Part shown: positions 9,479-17,400 of the stretch, piece after piece
Layout of the letters: each line of letters starts with the position of its first letter
Numbering within the stretch: position 1 is the first letter of the stretch
DNA from: Thiotrichaceae bacterium
Lineage (GTDB): Bacteria > Pseudomonadota > Gammaproteobacteria > Beggiatoales > Beggiatoaceae
NCBI GenBank assembly: GCA_011391085.1
Contig: JAABRD010000041.1
Span: forward strand, 1-46,447
Reading direction: 5' to 3'
Length of the DNA: 46,447 nt
Translations under genes and position numbers: made by a program
Notes under the pieces: generated by a model
What the model was told of the DNA's origin: nothing
Database searches by the model: none
What the model saw: only the letters and a program-made list of their open reading frames with translations

Positions 9479-9934
9479 CTACAGGGCTATTTGAAGATTT
9501 ATTTATAGATGACCCATGTAAATATGTTCATTTGATGTTTAAAACATGTTGGGTGCCTTGCATTAATTCCAATCCACGGGCTAATTGTAGATTCTTCGTT
9601 GCACACCAAATTCGATGTATTTGAATGGAGGGTAAACATAAAGGGCATTTGCCCACGCTACAGGACTGGATGGTCTTTTATAACCGCCTCGTAGAGTGTA
9701 CATACCAAACAACATACCCATATGAAAAAATCATCTTTGCACATGGCTATATTCCTCAAAAAAAGTGACTGGGTTAAGATAACAAAATTCACAGTTATTT
9801 TACCAGGAAATGCTGCCATGGGCATCTCTTTTCACACACTAAAATAGGAGTCCAAAGCGTAGCTTTGTCTGGGGCACGCACAAAGCTACGCTTTGGGCTG
9901 GCGATTACTTATCATTTTTTTTGGAGATTATTTT

Positions 9935-11332
9935 ATGAATTTACATATTTCTTTGCGTACCGTATGTTTATCGGTTTTCCTGACTACTCTTCCCGCTTGT
10001 GGAGGAGGTGAGGAAGTGGTTGAGGAAATTGTCAATAGCATTGTTAACAACACCATTTCCAACGTCCTCCTTGGTGAGGAAGTGATTGAAATTAATTTGC
10101 CGGTCACCACCCTTTCTACTGAAGGTGGACGCACCTTTTATTTGGAAGAGGCAGTGGGCAGTGGTGCCTTTCATTATCGTGAGGATGCTAACGATGAGTT
10201 TTATACAGTCACGGACCGCGGACCTATGGTCAATTGTGTGGACAGCCCCGACCTTCTTGGGATTGTCAACCCATGTCGGTTAACAAACAACGTTGCCGAT
10301 GAGAATGGTAAAATCTCCCTGCTTTCGGATTTCGTCCCAACCATCTACAAACTCAATGTCGATACCAGTGGTTTGATTGGTGCTAAAGTGGGTTTTAGAA
10401 TGATTGAAACTATCCCTTTAAAGGACCGCGATGGTAACAATCTTCATGGTCTGCCTCCCTCTTTTCGTTCTGCGACAACTGACAATGTATATGATCGACA
10501 AAGCCACAAACTGGCCTCCGATCCAAATGGTCTTGACCCCGAAGCCTTGATTAAATTGACAGATGGCACATTTTGGATTGCCGAAGAATATGGTCCCAGT
10601 TTGATACATCTGGCAGAGAATGGCAGAGTGTTAGAACGGGTAGTACCTTATGATCTGGAAATGGATTTATCAAATGCGAATTACCAGGTCACGGCTGGCT
10701 TGCCAGGGATTCTCAAGAAGCGGCAAGATGGACGCGGGGTCGAGGGGCTGGCGGTCAGTACGGATGAACACTATTTGTATTTTATCCTCCAAGCACCGTT
10801 GGCGAATCCCAATGACTCCGCCAAAAAGTCTCGTTACTTGCGCTTGTTCAAAGTCAATCTCAGAAGTGGTAACTTCAATGGAATCGCGGGTGAATATGTG
10901 TATGTTTTGGATCAAGCGGCGACTTTTACGGCTGATGACACGGCGTTACAAAGTGATGTCAATGTCAGTGAACTGGTGGCTTTAGACACTGACCGACTGT
11001 TGGTGGTAGAACATGTCAGAAGACATACCAAAATTTACCAAGTTCCACGTCTGCAAGGGGGTACTAACATATTTGGAAGTCATTGGGATGATGAAGGAAC
11101 TTATCCGTCGTTGGAAACGTCCTCTAATTTGGTGACTCAAGGAGTCATGGCCTTGGATAAGAAGCTGGTCTTCAATTCTCCCGACGACCTGCCCACGTTG
11201 GATGCAAACATTGAAGGGCTGGCCATTTTGAGTAATGAATTTGTGGCTTTCCTCAATGACAATGAGTTTAGTATCAAAGGTGAGAAGACGCGGGTGACAA
11301 TTCGGAGGATGACAGATATGTTGAATCGTTGA
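9935..11332 (+). CDS. Secreted/lipoprotein-like protein; possibly the phytase-like esterase (beta-propeller) family, function uncertain
   Basis: GGAG RBS 7 nt upstream of ATG 9935. N-terminal hydrophobic leader ending LTTLPAC|GGG (lipobox-like). There is no strong family motif; the family assignment is tentative. Confidence 0.65.
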   Translation: MNLHISLRTVCLSVFLTTLPACGGGEEVVEEIVNSIVNNTISNVLLGEEVIEINLPVTTLSTEGGRTFYLEEAVGSGAFHYREDANDEFYTVTDRGPMVNCVDSPDLLGIVNPCRLTNNVADENGKISLLSDFVPTIYKLNVDTSGLIGAKVGFRMIETIPLKDRDGNNLHGLPPSFRSATTDNVYDRQSHKLASDPNGLDPEALIKLTDGTFWIAEEYGPSLIHLAENGRVLERVVPYDLEMDLSNANYQVTAGLPGILKKRQDGRGVEGLAVSTDEHYLYFILQAPLANPNDSAKKSRYLRLFKVNLRSGNFNGIAGEYVYVLDQAATFTADDTALQSDVNVSELVALDTDRLLVVEHVRRHTKIYQVPRLQGGTNIFGSHWDDEGTYPSLETSSNLVTQGVMALDKKLVFNSPDDLPTLDANIEGLAILSNEFVAFLNDNEFSIKGEKTRVTIRRMTDMLNR

Positions 11333-11383
11333 GTGAGGTTGGTAGCCCGATGATCCGTCCTGCAACTGCCGCGGGATTAGAGG

Positions 11384-11575
11384 CCATTAAGTTAAGGAAT
11401 TGAGGTGACGAAACAATTAACATAGCGGTGGACTAGAGGCTTTAGCCGGTGAGGGGCATTGCGATTTCAATTATGTTCTGCCCCCCTCCGGCTAAAGCCT
11501 CTAGTCCACCTGTCGATTAATTTTAGGGGCTTTTTTTCTCAACTTAATGGCATTGCGGCTGAAGCCTCTAGTCCA
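11384..11575. mobile_element. Composite MITE family B (outer CCATTAAGTTAAGG/CTTAATGGCATTGC arms enclosing a GGACTAGAGGCTTTAGCCGG inverted pair at 11430-11507)
   Basis: Same architecture recurs at 32670-32860 and (as a variant) at 4541-4703. Lies between convergent genes 9935..11332 and 11612..12346. Confidence 0.75.
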
Positions 11576-11611
11576 ACCGGACCTGGCTAAAGAAAAACTT
11601 GAACATCGAAT

Positions 11612-12346
11612 TTACATAAAGACCTGTTCCAACCATTTTTTAAATCCTTTTATCTCCTCTGATTCCAAGTCTATCAAGGGAGATGGAAGTTGTGTCGATG
11701 GTAAAGGAGACCGCGACGCTTTAGGAAACAAATTAGCAAAAGACTGTCCCGGTGGGTTCTGCCAGGCCAACCAAGTATAAACCCCAGCCTTGGTTTGATG
11801 AAAGTCACTGAATAATTTTAACTCCTTGGGTAACTGATTGACACACTCGGTTGCATGTTCTAACAGTCTTTGTGGCTTCCCCTGACAAACCGCCGATTTA
11901 ATGAAGTCTTCTAACATGCCATCTCCTCTATGGTCAGGCATAATCCATAAACCGACTGGCGGGAGTCCACAATCATGTTGAAAAATATTTCCAACATAGG
12001 CTTGGTCAGGAGGAAGATTGATAATATAGTCCCTGTCCTGCTTTTGTAAAATATCTGTGACCGTTTTCCAACGTGCCGCAAACCCGCCATTGAGATTGGT
12101 ATAATCAGCATCAACCACAATGCCCAGTCGGTTGCGCGGATCGTCTCTAAGTCCCCTGAGTAAGACGGGCAATCTGCGAAGAACTCCCTTAATACCATCC
12201 TCATGCCCACCACACTCGGTTGGAGTTAACACCGGAATGTTAGGTTCGGGAAGTAACTGATTCAGCAAAATTTTGAAAAATTCCACATCGCGACCTCCTT
12301 CCACCAGCAGACGGACTTCTTTTTTGGGATTGTTTGTCTGTTTCAT
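11612..12346 (-). CDS. TOPRIM-like small protein (DUF4435/RloB-like); partner of upstream ABC ATPase; candidate antiphage effector
   Basis: N-terminal RLLVEGGRDVEFF (TOPRIM Glu) and GIVVDADYTN (DxD). The start ATG directly abuts the ATPase stop (TGAATG on the minus strand). Confidence 0.7.
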   Translation of the reverse strand: MKQTNNPKKEVRLLVEGGRDVEFFKILLNQLLPEPNIPVLTPTECGGHEDGIKGVLRRLPVLLRGLRDDPRNRLGIVVDADYTNLNGGFAARWKTVTDILQKQDRDYIINLPPDQAYVGNIFQHDCGLPPVGLWIMPDHRGDGMLEDFIKSAVCQGKPQRLLEHATECVNQLPKELKLFSDFHQTKAGVYTWLAWQNPPGQSFANLFPKASRSPLPSTQLPSPLIDLESEEIKGFKKWLEQVFM

Positions 12347-13510
12347 TCACCGTACCCCCAACTTATCTTGCGTGACTATTTGCAAGTCTTGTTTATCATA
12401 AATTGTAGCAATGACCTGACCCTTATTGGTAGTCCTGATACTACGGCCCAATCGGAAGAGAATAGTCTCCACTTCACTCTCTTCAGACACCCGCTGAAAA
12501 GCATCGATACAATCGTCGCTATGGGTGGTGGCAAAGACTTGAATGTTAAATTGCTTGGCCAGCGTGAAAATCAGTTCCCAAATGAGTGGCTGAATCTCGT
12601 AATGTAAACCATTTTCAAATTCGTCTATGAGTAGCAAACGACCTTTGGCTTTGATCAGATAGAGAAGCAATTGCAAAACTCGGCGCATACCATCTCCATA
12701 ACTCTTGAGTGGTTCAAGCTGTTCTTGCCCATTTCGTTTCACAAATGGTTTCCGTTCTCCTTCCAGATCACCGGTCACTTTCTTAAATGTCAGTCCTTCT
12801 ACACCGGGGTCAATCAGTTTGAGTCCGTCAATCACATATTGACCATACGTTAGATAAACGTCATCCCAAATATCGGCCAGTCGACGAGTCGGAATGAAAT
12901 CCACCGGCACGTAGTAATTGGAGAAATCCAAACCGATTTTTTGGAGTTCAAATTGACCGACTTTATAGTTGTCACGGTCATACGATTGAAAATCCAGCCA
13001 CACTTGCAAAACCCCTTGCAATTTGAGTCTGGAACGAATGGCTGGTAATTCTAATTGACGTTTTTTGCTACTGATTTTCAGGGCCTGGCGCACTCCTTCA
13101 AAAGAAGTCAATTCAGTTGGATCCAGTTCAGTTCTGACCCGGCGCCGAAAGAAGCCACCTTCCTGATCTTGTTCACTGTTTCCCAAAGTGAAATAGACCG
13201 ATTTGAGACTGACATATTCCGTTTGTTCTGAATTACCAATATAAATACTTTCCCCAGAGTCAGGAAAAGTACGATTTGTAAAGAAATTTTCAACTGCTAA
13301 AATCCCTTCACCAGTTTCGATTTCATCATGTTCTTTGAGAAGAGTTTCCAGCAAGAGGGGGGAACCTAAAGATTCATAAATTCGTAGGGCTTCCAAGACG
13401 CTACTTTTACCGGCATTGTTTTTGCCTACAATGAGATTGATTCGTCCTAGCTGTGGGATTTCGAGATCTTTTAGCAGACGAAAATTTTGGATTTTAAGGT
13501 TGGTTAGCAT
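12347..13510 (-). CDS. ABC/SMC-like ATPase (AAA_21/AAA_15 type); PARIS AriA-/AbiLi-/OLD-ATPase-like
   Basis: N-terminal LKIQNFRLLKDLEI..LIVGKNNAGKSSVLEAL (Walker A). Signature-like SYGDGMRR. Walker B LLLIDEFENGLH. H-loop ATTHS. Confidence 0.8.
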   Translation of the reverse strand: MLTNLKIQNFRLLKDLEIPQLGRINLIVGKNNAGKSSVLEALRIYESLGSPLLLETLLKEHDEIETGEGILAVENFFTNRTFPDSGESIYIGNSEQTEYVSLKSVYFTLGNSEQDQEGGFFRRRVRTELDPTELTSFEGVRQALKISSKKRQLELPAIRSRLKLQGVLQVWLDFQSYDRDNYKVGQFELQKIGLDFSNYYVPVDFIPTRRLADIWDDVYLTYGQYVIDGLKLIDPGVEGLTFKKVTGDLEGERKPFVKRNGQEQLEPLKSYGDGMRRVLQLLLYLIKAKGRLLLIDEFENGLHYEIQPLIWELIFTLAKQFNIQVFATTHSDDCIDAFQRVSEESEVETILFRLGRSIRTTNKGQVIATIYDKQDLQIVTQDKLGVR

Positions 13511-13522
13511 ATTGGAATTTTT

Positions 13523-14010
13523 AGTAGTGATGCAATCTGGGTGTACTGTCTGAACTCTGATTAGAATGATTTTCAGATGGACTCTGATTAGTCAAGCCTC
13601 CTTTCATGGCTATCATTTAATCATCTCAATCAGAACTCTGATTAGAATGATTTTCAGATGGACTCTGATTCGTCAAGCCTCCTTTCATAGCCCTCATTTA
13701 ATCATCTCAATCTGAACTCTGATTAGAATGATTTTCAGATGGACTCTGATTCGTCAAGCCTCCTTTCATAGCCTTCATTTAATCATCTCAATCTGAACTC
13801 TGATTAGAATGATTTTCAGATGGACTCTGATTAGTCAAGCCTCCTTTCATGGCTATCATTTAATCATCTCAATCTGAACTCTGATTAGAATGATTTTCAG
13901 ATGGACTCTGATTTGTCAAGCCTCCTTTCATAGCCCTCATTTAATCATCTCAATCAGAGTTCAAGACCAAGAGAAACCGCACGATATTTCACCCAGATTG
14001 CATCACTACC
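13523..14010. mobile_element. MITE family A copy with 5x tandem expansion of the 81-bp internal unit; 8-bp TSD GAATTTTT (13515-13522 / 14011-14018)
   Basis: TIRs (A)GTAGTGATGCAATCTGGGTG / CACCCAGATTGCATCACTACC. The internal unit GAACTCTGATTAGAATGATTTTCAGATGGACTCTGATTNGTCAAGCCTCCTTTCAT..CATCTCAATC repeats 5 times. Its left end lies 13 bp upstream of the ATPase start codon. Confidence 0.85.
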
Positions 14011-14156
14011 GAATTTTTGTTGTTATGGAAGTTAAAAACATAAGTAGTCAAGGTGCCGCCTGTCTCCTCTCTCCCTCTGGGAGAGGGGCCGGGGGGAGGG
14101 CCCGGTACTTAGTATTCTACCAAAATTAATTTAAGTCAATACTTAATTGAAATTCT

Positions 14157-14319
14157 GGTAGTGATGCAATGTGGGTGATATGTTTACCCTCACCCCCGGC
14201 CCCTCTCCCAGAGGGCGTGGGGAGAAAACCACTGGTGCCGCCGTTCCCCCCACGCCCTCTGGGAGAGGGGCCGGGGGTGAGGGAAACTCTATGAATATCA
14301 CCCAGATTGCATTACTACC
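14157..14319. mobile_element. MITE family A copy (GC-rich palindromic core variant); TSD GAAATTCT
   Basis: TIRs GGTAGTGATGCAATGTGGGTGA / TCACCCAGATTGCATTACTACC. Core CCCTCACCCCCGGCCCCTCTCC....GGAGAGGGGCCGGGGGTGAGGG. Exact 8-bp flanking repeat at 14149-14156 and 14320-14327. A core fragment also occurs at 14057-14100. Confidence 0.85.
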
Positions 14320-14468
14320 GAAATTCTGTGTATAAGGGGACAAATAAGACGATTTAAAATGTCATGGTCGGAGAGTCGCGCTGCCCGATCACTCCATAAC
14401 CCTCTCTTGAAACGGGTGGGGGAAGTGTTGGGACTGGCGGTCATTAAAAGACTGCCAGTCCTGCCTCA

Positions 14469-17400
14469 TCACCGAGTCACCCACCAATGCCACGGTGTGT
14501 TACCATTGAAAATCACCGTACCATTGCCTAGTCGATACCCTACATACAAGAATACTTCCCCGCCTGGTTGCAGTTCTCCAATCACTTCTGAAGTCACCAG
14601 TTTGAGAGTTTTGGAGACTGTGGCAGGTAGGCTGTCAAAGGCGTTGGCAATGGCCAGTTGTGATAAATTACCGGCCCACAGGCGCCACACAGGGGAGGTG
14701 GAGACACTGGCATCATAGGTGAAGAATTGACCTCCATAGGAGAATACGATGGCCAAAGTCGCGGCTTGTCCAACATGAGATGGGTCCACCTGAATATTTA
14801 GATTCGCGGTCACCACCGCGGTGGCAGCCACCGCTAAGTCATTTCCAGATTGGCCCGAAGAGGTACTGAGTTGCCCGGTAAAATGCGCCTTGGTGGTCAC
14901 ATCTTGACCATCAAACGAGATGCCAACACCGTTGTTACCCACCACGCGCAAGGGGAGGTTGCCATTGAAAACGAGGTTGCCAGTGGCGACGAGGCGATAA
15001 CCAACATAGATTAACGTTGTTCCTCTCGTTAACAGTTTGGCTGGTGTTAACTCTTCCGATAATTCCAAGAACGCTGGAAGTGAGGGGTACTCTTTGACAA
15101 CCACAAGGTCCGATAAGGTGAGACCGTCCCACGGTTGCCACACTTTTCCATCGTACTTCAGCCATTGTCCAGTTTCAATTTGTTTAGCTGCCATCAGTAA
15201 GTTGGCCGCTTGGCCGACATGCGCTGGGTCGGTGAAAAGGGACATCACGACCTTTTGAGTGGAATCGGCAGAGAGGCTAGTTCCGGGATAAAAGAAATAG
15301 GCGGTCGTGCCAATCAGATTACCTCCTGCATCTTTGGCCATGGCGGTTTCCGCTACTTCGTTGACACGGTCTGGGGTTTGACAAATGCCGTCGGTCTTGT
15401 TTGCTTTCTCACAATAATAGGCAAGTGTTTTAGGTTTCGTCACTTGAATTTTGACGGTTGCTTGACTGGCGCAGTCACTCAAGGTCAAGGTCGTTTTTCC
15501 TACCGCCCGCGGGGTCAAGGTTAAGAAGGCGCCACCTGTGTCTGGGAAGATGGGAATACTCATGGTTACGACTTTTCCATCGGGTGCCTGACTTAGCCAC
15601 CGGCTACTTTGACCGCCTGTGAATGCTAAGGTGAGAGGGGCTTCGCCCATTTCTAAGATGACTTCTTGTTGGGCTGGTTGCATGGCTAACGTAGAGTCAG
15701 TTTGACATTCCAGGTCAGTGCCGGTGTCGGTTTTAACCACGGTGATAGAGACCGTCGCTTGACTGGCACAATCGCTGATAGCCAATTCCGTTTGTCCCAC
15801 TTTTCGCGGAGTGAGAGTGACTAAGGCACCGCCATTTTCTAAAAAGGTCGGGGCTTGCATGGTGACGACGACTCCATCTGGCGCCTTGGATAACCAACGT
15901 TTTTCCTGTCCTCCAGAGAAAGCGAGAGTGAGGGGAACTTCGCCTTCGGACAACGTAATGTCTTGATGGGCGGGTTGTAACGCTAAGGTAGAATCGGTCT
16001 GACATTCTTCTCCTGGCGTGGGCGGAGTGACCTCAGCAGGTTGCACCGTGACCGTGACGACCGCTTGACTGTTGGCACAATCGGCCAGAATTAACTGCGT
16101 TTGGCCAGCTTTCACGGGGGTCAACGTGAGTTGAGTGCCTCCTTCTCCGGACGTTTCTAAAGCGGCCATCACCACTTCAACATCAGGAGATTGTTGAATC
16201 GTCACTTCACCTTGTCCACCGGTGAACGTTAGGGTGACAGATTCTCCCGTTTCCTTCAAGATGACGGTTTTCGACTGCGGTTGTAAAGCCAACGTTTCAT
16301 TGGCGGTGCATTGTCCTTCATTGTCATTGATAGTGACGACCACTTCGCCAGGCGTGCCTAATTCGACATTGCCGGAGGGAGAGGATAATTGGAGGCTAAA
16401 CGTTTCAGGTCCTTCCACTTCTTGGTCATCCAGAATCAAGATCGAAATGGATTTAGGTTGCGTCTCCCCGTCGGCCCAAGTTAAGGTGCCAGTCATAGCA
16501 GAAACGTAGTAATCACTGCCAACCAGGGCACTGCCATCGGTAATCGTGTAATCGATGGTGACGGTGCCTCGACTACTGCCAGTTCGAGTCACTGGGATGG
16601 TAATCAGAGAACCGGTCATATTGTCTAACGTGGCTTGGGTGCCATATTCGTCCACTGCCAGCGTGTCGATGCCAAATTGTAACTGACCAGGTTTCTCGGT
16701 GGTGACACCCAAGAGACTGACGATACGTCCATCTGGGTTGCCATCATCACCTCCTCCACCATCTTGCAGTGGCACAGTAGCTAACGTTGCGGGATTACCT
16801 CCCACGGTGGTGGCTTCCAAAGTGGCTTGTGTCAGGGTCTGCCATTGGGGTGAAGAGGACGCTTGATAGGAACGGTATAACCCGCTGGTGAGGGTGCTGT
16901 CACCATGATAATATAACAAGAGGTCCGCTGTGGAACAGGGTAATTCCAAACTGATTAGGTCTTTAGGAAAATCATAGTCGGCATCTGAAGTCGGTATGGC
17001 ACTTTCGGTTTGCACTTGAACTTGTTGGAGGACACAACGGGCGTCTTTGACGGCGACGGTGAGATAATCTTGGCCATTACGGAGTAACAGGGAGGCCACG
17101 GCACCTTGTTGACTGTCTAGTACGCCATCACCATTGCCATCCCCGCCATTGGGGGCTGCGTCTTCCAGGTAGTTTAACACGCCATCTTGGTCTTGGTCTT
17201 CGCCATTGCCTACCACGTCAACGGTAATCGTCTTTTCAAAGGTCAGGCCACCGCTGTCTGTCACTTGCACTTTGAGAGAATAGTTCCCCACGGCCAGCGG
17301 CGCATCCACGGCCGTTTGTAAGAGATCGCCGGTGATGACAAAATAGGTGGACGCATCTTCTAGCAAGGTATACGAATGCGTGTCTGACGGGTCCTCATCG

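Noticed and set aside
9480-9840. Possible small RNA in the 450-bp spacer before the lipoprotein gene
   Set aside because: No convincing promoter-hairpin-terminator unit. Only weak similarity to half of the family D hairpin.
13523-14010. Possible CRISPR array (regular 81-bp and 36-bp tandem repeats at 13551-13955 and 27135-27206)
   Set aside because: The units are contiguous with no unique spacers, they sit inside TIR-bounded MITEs, and no cas genes are present.
13890-14343. ORFs 13890..14129 (+) and 14143..14343 (-), and similar ORFs 640..915, 4628..4837, 29904..30251, 36032..36406
   Set aside because: They lie entirely within MITE/palindromic repeats. Their Pro/Gly-rich translations recur wherever the repeat occurs, so they are not genes.
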